Below are positions 1 to 8,639 of a stretch of DNA of 64,000 bases, piece by piece (within the stretch, counting starts at the first letter, position 1; each line of letters begins with the position of its first letter). The stretch covers positions 3,790,849 to 3,854,848 of the forward strand of contig OZ220699.1 of NCBI GenBank assembly GCA_965116565.1, written 5' to 3'. The notes under the pieces were generated by a model. It ran no database searches and was not told where the DNA came from. It was given only the letters and a program-made list of their open reading frames with translations. This stretch comes from Dehalococcoidia bacterium. GTDB taxonomy: Bacteria > Chloroflexota > Dehalococcoidia > Lucifugimonadales > UBA3495. The position numbers and the translations under genes are program-made.

Positions 1-82
1 GGCGCACGTCGCCGGCGGCAAGCTCGCTGCGGGCTTGTGCCAGCAGCTTCCGGCTGTCTTCCCTGTACTTCTGCGTGGTCAT
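1..82 (-). CDS. Partial CDS (first 27 codons only, continues past window start); unknown function
   Basis: Minus-strand ATG at 82-80 reads MTTQKYREDSRKLLAQARSELAAGDVR to the window edge. Too short to classify. Confidence 0.3.
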   Translation of the reverse strand, partial: MTTQKYREDSRKLLAQARSELAAGDVR

Positions 83-111
83 GGCGTGCTCATACCCAAG
101 TGTAGCGCGCC

Positions 112-1710
112 CTACGCCTCCACCGGGGCGGGCGACGCGCTGGACTCCTGGAAGTCGCGCGTAAGCTGGGACAGCAGGAAGAATATGTTCTCCACCGCGT
201 TGGTGGCATCCACGATGATGCGCTGCTGGTCGCCGGCGTCCTCGGGCGTCAGGGCCAGGTAGCGGGCCCGCACCTCCTGCATCAGCACGCGACGGTCGCC
301 CATCAGTTGCTCCACAAAGGCCCAACCGTCGGGGTCGTCCTCGTCGAGGGCGTCCAGGAAGATGAGGAACGCCGCGTCGGTGCCCTCCACCACGCTCATG
401 CGGAATGCGTCCAGGGTCGGGTCCTCCGGCAGGCCGCCCAGGACCTCCGGGATGGTCGAGAACTGCTCCTCCAGCCAGGTGATGAGCTTCTGCCGGCTGA
501 GCACCAGGTTGCGCCGCTCGCTGGACTGGCCGGGCCGCTGTCGCCCCAGCTCATCCAGGAACTCGTCGATGCGTGCGTTGACCTCGCGGGCCCACTCGCG
601 AACAACGCCGGCGGGCTGGCCGTCGCGGGCGCGCTCCAGGTAGTCGGAGAACATGCCAAGGACGCGCCTCTGCTCCAGGTGCGTCAGGTCCAGCGCCGTC
701 TCCACGTCGTCCATGGCCTGATCGTGGATGTACCAGGGCCGCGACTGCTGCTCGGACACGCTGGCCGGCCAGATGCGCGAGAACAGCCGCATCGTCCAGT
801 CGGGAGCGGACAGCACCACGATGCGCGACGGCATGCCGAATATGATCACCGCGATCGCCATCTGCGGGCCCAGGCCGATGTCGGGCCAGGTGATCAGCGC
901 CTTGACCAGCGGCACGTTGCCATACACCTCGATGTACAGCAGCGCCACCAGGATGACCGCCGAGAAGAAGACCTGGCACGCCCAGAACATGCCAAGCTGC
1001 CGCGCCGTGCCGCTGAGGCCGTAGGACACCACCATCACGCTGATGGCCAGCCCCACGTACGACCCGTACACGTACATCAGCACCTGCTCCACGCCCACCA
1101 GGCCGGCGGCGGCCAGCCCGATGCCGAAGGCGACCACCGGCACCAGCGCCTGCACGATGAACGTCAGCAGCGCCCCGATGATGAACGACAGCAGGATGGA
1201 GCCGGCGGAGATGTCCAAGCCGGCGCGGAACCACGGCTGCTCGGACAGGGGCGCGGCCGACTCCTTGATCAGCACCAGCCCGAACAGCAGCGCGGCGACG
1301 CCGAACAGCATCGCGCCGGCCTCGCGGTAATTGCCGCGGCTGAACCGCGTGACCACCACGCCGCCGATACCGACGCCGATCAGCGCGGCCACGCGAATAT
1401 CGACGGTTACGATGAAGAGAATCAGCCCGACGCCCATCTGCGCGCCCAGGGCGATGGGGTAGCCCTGCCGGGCTGAGATAAGGCCCGACCGCAGCATGCT
1501 GATGGTGATGAAGGTTACGGCCGGCGAACTCTGCGTGATGGCGCCGGCCAGGGTCCCCCAGGCGAAGCCGGCGAAGCGGTTGTCGGCCAGGCGGCTGGCC
1601 AGCACGCGCAGACGCGGGCCGACCACGGCCTTGAGGTTCTCGGAAAGCAGCCACATCCCGAAGAAGAGCAGCCCGACGCCGCCCAGGATGCCGCCAAAGA
1701 CTTCAAGCAT
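112..1710 (-). CDS. Na+/phosphate cotransporter family protein with C-terminal PhoU-like soluble region
   Basis: 532-aa ORF. N-terminal two thirds is multi-pass hydrophobic with NptA/YjbB-like motifs (GMWLLSENLK, AITQSSPAVTFITISM). C-terminal ~190 aa is helical and soluble. Confidence 0.8.
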   Translation of the reverse strand: MLEVFGGILGGVGLLFFGMWLLSENLKAVVGPRLRVLASRLADNRFAGFAWGTLAGAITQSSPAVTFITISMLRSGLISARQGYPIALGAQMGVGLILFIVTVDIRVAALIGVGIGGVVVTRFSRGNYREAGAMLFGVAALLFGLVLIKESAAPLSEQPWFRAGLDISAGSILLSFIIGALLTFIVQALVPVVAFGIGLAAAGLVGVEQVLMYVYGSYVGLAISVMVVSYGLSGTARQLGMFWACQVFFSAVILVALLYIEVYGNVPLVKALITWPDIGLGPQMAIAVIIFGMPSRIVVLSAPDWTMRLFSRIWPASVSEQQSRPWYIHDQAMDDVETALDLTHLEQRRVLGMFSDYLERARDGQPAGVVREWAREVNARIDEFLDELGRQRPGQSSERRNLVLSRQKLITWLEEQFSTIPEVLGGLPEDPTLDAFRMSVVEGTDAAFLIFLDALDEDDPDGWAFVEQLMGDRRVLMQEVRARYLALTPEDAGDQQRIIVDATNAVENIFFLLSQLTRDFQESSASPAPVEA

Positions 1711-1901
1711 GAGTTATCGAGCCCCCGTCCACCAAGATATGAGACCCGATGGCATTATCGGCCGCAGGCGCGGGATATTCAAGCGGGCGCCGATGCACTG
1801 CCAACACCCAACACGAGCAGGGATTGAAGCGATTTATAGCGAATTTACTGCGGTTTACCCCAAGTTACTATGGTTTACAAGAATCTTGTAACTTGGGGTA
1901 A

Positions 1902-2522
1902 CTATGCCCCATCGCGGGGAACGGGCTTGCCGCTCCTGATCACAATATCGGAGCGGCTGTAAACGGCTGCGTCCCGAAACCTGGTAGCGGGTTTGATCAC
2001 GCCGAACGTCTCCGTTCGGCCGCCTCCGCCGGCGCCGGCCGTGCTTGATTCGTATTTCCAGTCCGACGCTTGTAAAAACGCCAGGTGAACCCGCCACACT
2101 ACCACCCGCCGGCCGGGTTCGATCGTAGCTGTCGGATCTACCAGGTAGCGCACGACGCAATACCAGCCCGGATGGTCGTAGTGCGCCTGTAGCGCCCAGG
2201 GCCGTGCGCTGGCCTTGATCTCCAAGGAGTCGTTTGGCGCTGGCGTAGTGGGAGAGCCGCGCCGCTTCAGATCCGGGAAACGCTGTTGGGCAAGATCGGT
2301 ATGCCGGTGTTTTTCATACACGGTCAGCGCGGAAAACGCTCGCGCGGCGAATATCCCAACCAGCGCGCTGAACACGTTGGCTTGCTCGAAATAGACCTCC
2401 ACGAACTGGTCGACCTCATCCTCCACCGAGGCAATCACACGGGCCAATTGGCCGACCGTCAGGCCGGGAGGCAGCGGTACAGCGGAGTCGAACCAATCAG
2501 ACCTGGAGAATCGGTCAGTCAT
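1902..2522 (-). CDS. Putative type II restriction endonuclease (PD-(D/E)XK-like) paired with adjacent methyltransferase
   Basis: 206-aa ORF overlapping the methyltransferase stop by 8 nt on the same strand. Contains FPDL...x18...LEIK, compatible with a PD..(D/E)XK core. No family recognised by eye. Confidence 0.45.
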   Translation of the reverse strand: MTDRFSRSDWFDSAVPLPPGLTVGQLARVIASVEDEVDQFVEVYFEQANVFSALVGIFAARAFSALTVYEKHRHTDLAQQRFPDLKRRGSPTTPAPNDSLEIKASARPWALQAHYDHPGWYCVVRYLVDPTATIEPGRRVVVWRVHLAFLQASDWKYESSTAGAGGGGRTETFGVIKPATRFRDAAVYSRSDIVIRSGKPVPRDGA

Positions 2523-3501
2523 CTTCCAGGGTGGTCAGCAACGGAACTGCCCGAAGCGCCAGAGCGTGATACTCGCTCGACTCTTCAATCCCCACCGCAT
2601 GCAGTCCCACCGCCCTCGCCGCGGCTATCGTGGAACCCGAGCCCATGAATGGGTCGAGAATCGTACCGGTGCCCAGGGGCAACGCGGCGCGGGCCAACTG
2701 TCGCATCAACCGCTGCGGCTTCAGCGACGGGTGCGGTGCGATTTCCCTTTCCGCCTTCGATGCCGGCGGGCTGATGATGACATCCCAGAATGGTTGGTCG
2801 TCGGAAATCCGGCGCAACCCTCCCGTTCCCCATCGCCGCAGGTTGTCCTGCACCCTCCCTTCCAGGGGTTTGCGGAACAGTCCCCACGGTTCCCAACCCG
2901 AACGCGGCATCACCGAAACGTCCGCAAACTCTTCGTGAGCGCCCTTGGGACGGTCTCCGCCGCGCAGGGTCTTTACGACGCGAACTATCTCCCCTCGCTT
3001 TTCAAAGCCCGCCGCCATCATTGGCCCGTACACATGATGCGACAGCAGTGGATTGGTCGCAATGAAAACGTGGGACCCCGGCACCAGGACCCGCATCAGC
3101 AGCGGCGCCAGACGGGCGAAGAATTTCTGCAGATTGGCTTCCTCAGTGGGTGTCAGTACCGTGAAGCGAGGTAGCGGGCTGCGTTGCGCGCCATCGAAAC
3201 TCGGCGGAATGCGCCAAACGCCTCCTCTGCCGCTTTTGCGCTTGTTCAGCTGGTCCGACTGGTATTCGAGCAGCCCGTAGGGCGGATCGGTCACCACTGC
3301 GTGTATTGATGCAGCCTCCGCATTGGCCAGCCAATCGAAGGCGTCCGCCCGTATCAGATCAGGATCATCTGGTACGCCCACCGCGACGTCAGTTCCCTGA
3401 CCAGTCGTCGCCGGCAATTCAGAGTCATCCACAAAGTTGTGCAGTTCGGGCTGTATCGCCATGCGTGCCTCTTGCGCGGCAAGGATAGCGCAGCGCTCCA
3501 A
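2515..3501 (-). CDS. Site-specific DNA methyltransferase (N4-C/N6-A, DPPY type)
   Basis: VVTDPPYG (motif IV) lies N-terminal and ILDPFMGSGSTIAAA (AdoMet motif I) C-terminal, i.e. beta-class order. Confidence 0.85.
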   Translation of the reverse strand: MERCAILAAQEARMAIQPELHNFVDDSELPATTGQGTDVAVGVPDDPDLIRADAFDWLANAEAASIHAVVTDPPYGLLEYQSDQLNKRKSGRGGVWRIPPSFDGAQRSPLPRFTVLTPTEEANLQKFFARLAPLLMRVLVPGSHVFIATNPLLSHHVYGPMMAAGFEKRGEIVRVVKTLRGGDRPKGAHEEFADVSVMPRSGWEPWGLFRKPLEGRVQDNLRRWGTGGLRRISDDQPFWDVIISPPASKAEREIAPHPSLKPQRLMRQLARAALPLGTGTILDPFMGSGSTIAAARAVGLHAVGIEESSEYHALALRAVPLLTTLEDD

Positions 3502-3507
3502 AGCTGT

Positions 3508-4854
3508 CTATTGAGCAGTTGGTCCGTCCCCCCACGGCACCTCCGGCAGATTGCGCTCGCGGCGCACCTCGTTGATGGTGATGACGCCGCGATCCAGCAG
3601 AGCCGTCTCCCGCTGCACGCGGCTGTTCTCGTCCTCCTGCAGCGCCTCGACCACCGACAGGTCGAACTCCACCGTCAGCTGCGGGTAGCCCAGCTTGGGC
3701 AGCAGGGCGCGGTTCACCTGCTCCTCCAGGAACTTGACCTCCGGCACCACGGTGTTGCGCCAGAACATCCTCTCCGACGCCTGCACGTTGGCGTACGTGG
3801 CCCGCTCGAAATCGCCCAGCAGCAGCTTGGGCACGCCGTAGGTGCGGCTGACCTCCTCAAGGCTCCAGCGCAGCCCCTGGATGAAATCGATGTCGCGGTG
3901 CGACAGCCCCAGCGTTTTCACGTCTCGCACGGCGGAGGCCACGGCGGGACGGTGGGCATTGCCGGGACCCTGATACCGCTGCTCCCATCGGGCGTAGAAG
4001 TCCTCGAGTTCGGCGTCGTTCATCTCCTGGTTGGTCAGCAGCAGGAAATCGGGCCGCGCCGAGTTGCGCAGCAGGTGCCGGTTGAAGTGCAGGCCCTCGT
4101 GCCCCATGTCCGCCGACAGCCGCGCCGGCGCCAGCGGCGAGAGGCCGGCCATCTCCTCCAGCGGGTTGAAATAGCGGAGCCACACCACCTCGTCGGGAGT
4201 GTAGGCCACCTGCTCCACCGCGCCGCGATACACGAAGCCGCGCACGTAGCGCCGCCGGTCGGGAATCACGGCCATGCGGTCGGGACGCAGGGGCCACAGT
4301 TCCGGCTCACCGTCCTCGCCGCGCTCGATGGCCCAGAACGCCGCGCCCCACAGGCACAGGTAGATCTCGGTGGCGCGCCACAGGTCGGCGCGGGTGTACC
4401 ACGGGTTGACCCGCTCCAGCAGCCGCGACACCGGATGGGACGCCTCAACGGGTACGCGCCGCTCGCCCTTTGCCTGTGGTTCGACAAGCTCACCATGAGC
4501 GGCGCTTCTCCGCTCACCCTGTGCTTCGCTTCCCCGCTCACCCTGAGCCTGTCGAAGGGCCGACTCCGTTCGGTACACGCGCAGGAGCGGCCGCGTCACC
4601 GCCTCAGAGCGCAACCTCACCGCGGAGTACACGGACGGCGACGTCGCCATGTAGCGCCCATATTCCGGACGCGCCCAGCCCTCGGCGCCCGCGCCAATCC
4701 CCGCATCGCCGCTCATCCTGAGCCCGTCGAAGGACGCCGCCGCCGCGCGGTTGGCCCGCTGCACCACGACGCCCGGCCCCCTGCCATCTTCGTCCTTTCT
4801 GGAAAATGCACGCAGCATCTTTCCGATTCCCAACATCATACTCCTGACCTCCAA
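3508..4854 (-). CDS. Phage portal protein (HK97-like family)
   Basis: 448-aa ORF with portal-typical C-terminal two thirds (LWPLRPDRM..., FNRHLLRNSARPDFLL, GVPKLLLGDFERATYANVQASERMFW). It overlaps the TerL stop by 19 nt. Confidence 0.85.
   Translation of the reverse strand: MEVRSMMLGIGKMLRAFSRKDEDGRGPGVVVQRANRAAAASFDGLRMSGDAGIGAGAEGWARPEYGRYMATSPSVYSAVRLRSEAVTRPLLRVYRTESALRQAQGERGSEAQGERRSAAHGELVEPQAKGERRVPVEASHPVSRLLERVNPWYTRADLWRATEIYLCLWGAAFWAIERGEDGEPELWPLRPDRMAVIPDRRRYVRGFVYRGAVEQVAYTPDEVVWLRYFNPLEEMAGLSPLAPARLSADMGHEGLHFNRHLLRNSARPDFLLLTNQEMNDAELEDFYARWEQRYQGPGNAHRPAVASAVRDVKTLGLSHRDIDFIQGLRWSLEEVSRTYGVPKLLLGDFERATYANVQASERMFWRNTVVPEVKFLEEQVNRALLPKLGYPQLTVEFDLSVVEALQEDENSRVQRETALLDRGVITINEVRRERNLPEVPWGDGPTAQ
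4480..4556. repeat. REP/MITE-like inverted-repeat element inside the portal gene (in frame)
   Basis: Arms TTCGACAAGCTCACCATGAGC (4480-4500) and GCTCACCCTGAGCCTGTCGAA (4536-4556) are near reverse complements. Translated in the portal as LRQAQGERGSEAQGERRSAAHGELVEP. Confidence 0.7.
4711..4733. repeat. Half copy of the same REP-like motif (GCTCAYCCTGAGCCYGTCGAAGG) inside the portal gene
   Basis: GCTCATCCTGAGCCCGTCGAAGG. Read in frame as FDGLRMSG in the portal N-terminus. Confidence 0.65.
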
Positions 4855-6383
4855 TCGTTATGTTCACCAAGGCCGTCCAGCCAGAACTCATCGGGATCGT
4901 CGTCGAGAAACGCCAGCATCAGCGCGTCGGCCTTGTCCGGCGACTGAGCGCCGCGTTTTCGCATGCTCTCCTTGCTTTCCATGAGCAGGCGGCCGCGGCT
5001 GTTGTAGCGGTAACGGAGCGACGCCAGTTCCGAGATCAACTCGGTGTCGCGGGGGATGCGGATGCGACGGTCCCGAAACCGTCCGGCCAGCAACCGGTAG
5101 CCCTCGGCGCGCAGGTTGGCGCAGGTGCGGTCGCGCCGCGGCCCCTCGGCCACGTTTATTCCCTGGGCGCGCACTCCCTGCTCCCGCAGGCGGTCAACCA
5201 CGCCGGCTCCGACCCCGATGTCGTCCACGTTCACCGCGTCGGGACGGTGTTCGCGCACCGCCACCATCACCCGGCCCACGGCGGACATGGTGTCCATGCG
5301 GGAGAAGGCGCGGATCGACTCCACGCGGTCGCCGCGCCGCATCAGCACCACCGTGCGGTCGCTGCCGAAGCGGGCCACGTCCACGCCGACGACCACGCGC
5401 CCGTATCCGCCCATCGATGAACCCGCCGAGGGCCCCATGCCGGGCAGAAACAGGTCGAACGGATCGTCCTGGACCGTCTGTCTCCATGCTCCAACCGCGC
5501 CGGCGCGCTCATCCTGAGCCTGTCGAAGGATGGGCGCATCCTCATCCTCCTCGTAAATCGCCGCGTTAATGTCCTCCATTGAAATCAAGTTGTCCTCCCC
5601 TCGCAGCGGGAACTCGCCCCGCACTCTGGAGCGGAACAGGTCGCTGTTCTCGCCCCAAACTTCGCGGCGTTCCTCCACCCACTCCGCCGTGGTCAGGCCG
5701 GCAATTTCGATGCGGCCCTCCCTCACGTTGGGCGACTCCAGCGCCGATATCGTGATCGGGCGGTAGATGCCTATCTCCTCGTGGAACGCCCGGTGAAACG
5801 GCCCGGACGTGGATGTGGGATTGCCGATGAGCAGCAGCGTCGGGTTCTGCGAGGTCATCACCGAGTCGATGGCCTCGTAGATCTCCTCGTCCACCCCCTC
5901 GGCCTCGTCAACGACCACCAGGACGTTGGGGCAGTGGAACCCCTGGAACTGGTCCGCGCCGTCGGCCGACAGCCCCAGGGCGTAGCGGTCCTCGGCCAGA
6001 TCCCAGCGGGTGTCCAGCATCGTGCCGCCCAGCATGTCCGCCGCGCCGCGATGCAGGCGGTGGATCTGCCGCCACAACACGTGGCGAACCTGCCGGAAAG
6101 TCGGCGCGGTGCTCAGAACGATGGCCGGGTCGTGGCAGTGCAGGTACCACAGCACGGCCACCGCCGCGATGAAGTCCTTGCCCAGGCCATTGCCCGACTT
6201 GACCGCCACGCGCCGCTCCCGCATCACCGCGTCCAGCACCTCGCGCTGCTTTTCCCAGGGGTCCACCCCCAGCACGTCCGTAGCGAACCGCAGGGGATGG
6301 ACCCAGTTTTCGTTGCCGCCGGCCCGGAACCGGGACAGGTCCGGTTCCGGCCGATCGAACTCCGACAGATCAGGTTCCGACAA
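4836..6383 (-). CDS. Phage terminase large subunit (TerL)
   Basis: Contains a Walker-A-like VKSGNGLGKD, Walker B VLVVVDEAEG and a C-terminal RNase-H-like nuclease motif VGVDVARFGSDRTVV. The ORF-track start is a TTG and the frame stays open upstream, so the true start is uncertain. Confidence 0.85.
   Translation of the reverse strand: MSEPDLSEFDRPEPDLSRFRAGGNENWVHPLRFATDVLGVDPWEKQREVLDAVMRERRVAVKSGNGLGKDFIAAVAVLWYLHCHDPAIVLSTAPTFRQVRHVLWRQIHRLHRGAADMLGGTMLDTRWDLAEDRYALGLSADGADQFQGFHCPNVLVVVDEAEGVDEEIYEAIDSVMTSQNPTLLLIGNPTSTSGPFHRAFHEEIGIYRPITISALESPNVREGRIEIAGLTTAEWVEERREVWGENSDLFRSRVRGEFPLRGEDNLISMEDINAAIYEEDEDAPILRQAQDERAGAVGAWRQTVQDDPFDLFLPGMGPSAGSSMGGYGRVVVGVDVARFGSDRTVVLMRRGDRVESIRAFSRMDTMSAVGRVMVAVREHRPDAVNVDDIGVGAGVVDRLREQGVRAQGINVAEGPRRDRTCANLRAEGYRLLAGRFRDRRIRIPRDTELISELASLRYRYNSRGRLLMESKESMRKRGAQSPDKADALMLAFLDDDPDEFWLDGLGEHNDWRSGV
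5507..5529. repeat. REP-like motif copy inside the terminase gene (in frame)
   Basis: GCTCATCCTGAGCCTGTCGAAGG. Translated in TerL as ILRQAQDER. Confidence 0.65.
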
Positions 6384-6413
6384 GTCGAACTCCGACAGAT
6401 CAGGTTCCGATAG
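6324..6413. repeat. Three tandem ~30-bp repeats at the 5' end of the terminase ORF
   Basis: CGAACTCCGACAGATCAGGTTCCGA(CAAGT/TAGAT) occurs twice (6354-6383, 6384-6413), with a diverged copy at 6324-6353. Encodes EPDLSEFD-type decapeptides. Confidence 0.7.
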
Positions 6414-6511
6414 ATCGCGTTCCGGCGCCGGCTCGTCTGCTGCCGGTCCAGGTTCAGTTGGTACATATTCATCAAGGGCTTGAGTGCCGTCCGTCCACGG
6501 CTGGACCAGCG

Positions 6512-6760
6512 CTAGCCCCGGTTGGGTCGGGGACGCATGGCGGCGATCCGGGCGCGGCGAAGCCTGATGGCCTCACCCCCGGGACGCAGCGGCGACGACT
6601 CCACGCCGGCCTCGGGCGCCGCGCCGTCCGGCGGGCTGAACAGGAAACCACAGACCTTGCAGCGATAGACCGTGTGGTCCTGGCCGTCCAGCCGGACCAG
6701 TTCGAGCAACGCCTCTGAATTACAACGACGACAATTCAACACGTACACCTCAAGCGCCAT
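6512..6760 (-). CDS. Small zinc-ribbon protein (phage remnant), function unknown
   Basis: Internal ATG at 6760 gives MALEVYVLNCRRCNSE...YRCKVCGF, two CxxC pairs. Lies directly upstream of TerL on the same strand. Confidence 0.4.
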   Translation of the reverse strand: MALEVYVLNCRRCNSEALLELVRLDGQDHTVYRCKVCGFLFSPPDGAAPEAGVESSPLRPGGEAIRLRRARIAAMRPRPNRG

Positions 6761-7003
6761 TGGGCGCGGATACAAAAATTCATCCGCCGGTGTCAGGCGA
6801 ACGTATGTACAGGTTATTGAGGCCGACACCCCAGCGTCAACGGCCCCGTGTCAGCGATGTAAAATTCGTCACGGCAATCTATGACACCATGAAACGAACC
6901 GTCCCGATGGAGCGTGATAGGATGTAACAGTCGGTCGGCTACCTTGAGGTACGTCCCATTTAAACAATAGCGCAGGCAATGAAAAAACTCTCCAGAGGCA
7001 ACA

Positions 7004-8011
7004 ATGTTCGCCCAACTAATTAGAGAATTGAACAGGATGCAAGGCCCAATCCAACTAACAACCAGCGTTGAGATAGATGACAAAGGTTATTTGGACCGCT
7101 CCTGTCCATCGGACGAATGCGGCGAACGATTCAAGGTTGCTTTTGAAGAATGGCAAAGTTTGGTGACCGAACAATCTATGTGGTGCCCTAGATGCGGACA
7201 TGCGGAAGGTTCGGCGTCGTGGAGCACGCCTGAACAACGTGAGCAGCATTTAAGCGAGGCACGTAACTACGTGCGGAAAAGAATCGGCAATGCGATAAAT
7301 CGACAAGCTCGAAGCTTCAACGCGCAACAAAAACCCGGAAGTTTCATCAAGATGCGGATGTCGTATCGGCCAGGCCGCCCCGAGTTAGTGATGCCCGCCA
7401 AAGCCTCGGAGGTGATGACACAAGATTTCCGGTGTGAACACTGCGCATGTAGATACACGTCGATTGGAGCGGCATTCTTCTGTCCCGCGTGTGGCAAGGA
7501 CTCTATATTGGCAAACTTTTGGACCTCATTGGAAACCACGAAACTGACCGTGCGCAACATCACCGCACTGCGTCAGACCATGGAGGAACTATCGGGGAAA
7601 GATGTTGCAGCGGATATGAGCCGGCAACTCCTAGAAGAGGCTTTGGGAAAAGTGGTTGCATGTTTTCAGAAATTTGCCGAGGTACGTTTCTTAGAGTTGA
7701 AGAACGCGATCGATTTTGAGATCCGCCCTAACCTCTTTCAAAACCTCGCAGAATCTGACAGGATTTGGCGTGCAGCAATATCCACTGGATACACCGATAT
7801 CTTGACCAACAATGAATACCAACGATTGGTGGCTTACTTTCAACAGCGCCATGTATTGGAGCACCAAGACGGATTCATCGATCAAATGTATGTTGACCGT
7901 ACGGACGACCGACGGTTTAAAGTTGGACAGCGGTTAGTGGTAACAGACGATGGTGTGCTAGATCTAATCGCGCTGTGCGAAAAGCTTGCGCAGGGCATTA
8001 ATTCCCATTGA
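7004..8011 (+). CDS. Double zinc-ribbon protein with C-terminal HEPN-like Rx4H motif; hypothetical
   Basis: 335-aa ORF in an AT-richer segment. Cys motifs: CPSDEC...CPRCGH and CEHCAC...CPACGK. The C-terminal helical region contains QQRHVLEHQDG (R-x4-H). Confidence 0.6.
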   Translation: MFAQLIRELNRMQGPIQLTTSVEIDDKGYLDRSCPSDECGERFKVAFEEWQSLVTEQSMWCPRCGHAEGSASWSTPEQREQHLSEARNYVRKRIGNAINRQARSFNAQQKPGSFIKMRMSYRPGRPELVMPAKASEVMTQDFRCEHCACRYTSIGAAFFCPACGKDSILANFWTSLETTKLTVRNITALRQTMEELSGKDVAADMSRQLLEEALGKVVACFQKFAEVRFLELKNAIDFEIRPNLFQNLAESDRIWRAAISTGYTDILTNNEYQRLVAYFQQRHVLEHQDGFIDQMYVDRTDDRRFKVGQRLVVTDDGVLDLIALCEKLAQGINSH

Positions 8012-8104
8012 TACAACTGGATTGAAAGCGATGGGGCTACCAGTGTTTGAGATTCTCGGCGTCTTGGTATGGGCCCGGTCAATTTTCCACGTGGAGAGAG
8101 AGCA

Positions 8105-8305
8105 ATGAAAACCGTCGCAGAAATTCAGCAAGCGATTTTGGAACTGCCCGAGGATGACTATGCCCAACTGAGCCGCTGGTTTCACGAACTGGACTGGCAA
8201 CAGTGGGACTCCGAGATTGAGCGGGATTCCAGCGACGGGAAGCTCAACTTCCTGGCCGATCAAGCCGCCAGGGCTAAAGCCGACGGCACGATGCGGGAAC
8301 TCTGA
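8105..8305 (+). CDS. Putative antitoxin of RelE/ParE-type TA pair
   Basis: 66 aa starting MKTVAEIQQAILELPEDDYAQL, with GGAGAGAGAG upstream. Its stop overlaps the toxin start (TGATG). Confidence 0.6.
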   Translation: MKTVAEIQQAILELPEDDYAQLSRWFHELDWQQWDSEIERDSSDGKLNFLADQAARAKADGTMREL

Positions 8306-8559
8306 TGCATCGGGCCACCCCGGAGTTTTGGGATCTCCTTGATGGGCTCCCGGAACACATTCGGAGGATAGCCACGCAAAACTTTGACCGACTCAAAGCC
8401 AACCCCCGGCATCCGTCCCTGCAATTCAAAAAGGTTGGAACTTTCTGGTCAGTACGGGTTGGACGTTCATACCGCGCCCTTGCCGTCGAGGACGGCGATG
8501 ATTTCATCTGGGTTTGGATCGGCTCCCATGGCGAGTACGACCACCGGATAAGGCCATGA
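8305..8559 (+). CDS. RelE/ParE family type II toxin
   Basis: 84 aa with the family-typical ...FDRLKANPRHPSLQFKKV...WSVRVGRSYRALAVEDGDDFIWVWIGSHGEYD. Confidence 0.8.
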   Translation: MHRATPEFWDLLDGLPEHIRRIATQNFDRLKANPRHPSLQFKKVGTFWSVRVGRSYRALAVEDGDDFIWVWIGSHGEYDHRIRP

Positions 8560-8639
8560 GGGTCAAATACTTTGCGGATACCGACACGCTGTACATTGAA
8601 CTGTACGCCGCCAGCAGGTTAGCGTCTGACCACAGACCG

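Larger units (their letters stand above)
1902..6829 (-). mobile_element. Cryptic prophage remnant (Zn-ribbon protein, TerL, portal, then an R-M pair; no capsid or tail genes)
   Basis: Co-directional, tightly packed or overlapping genes. Only two phage morphogenesis genes are present, flanked by backbone and AT-rich DNA. Confidence 0.5.

Noticed and set aside
307-1476. 389-aa plus-strand ORF antisense to the Na/Pi transporter. Similar long antisense or off-frame ORFs occur at 3439..4947, 10166..11206, 11173..12633, 16324..17658, 41139..42977, 42974..43837 and 55737..56576.
   Set aside because: Their translations are low-complexity and rich in R, G, A, P and H. Each lies fully inside a gene with clear family motifs on the other strand. 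This is the expected stop-codon-poor artefact of high-GC DNA.
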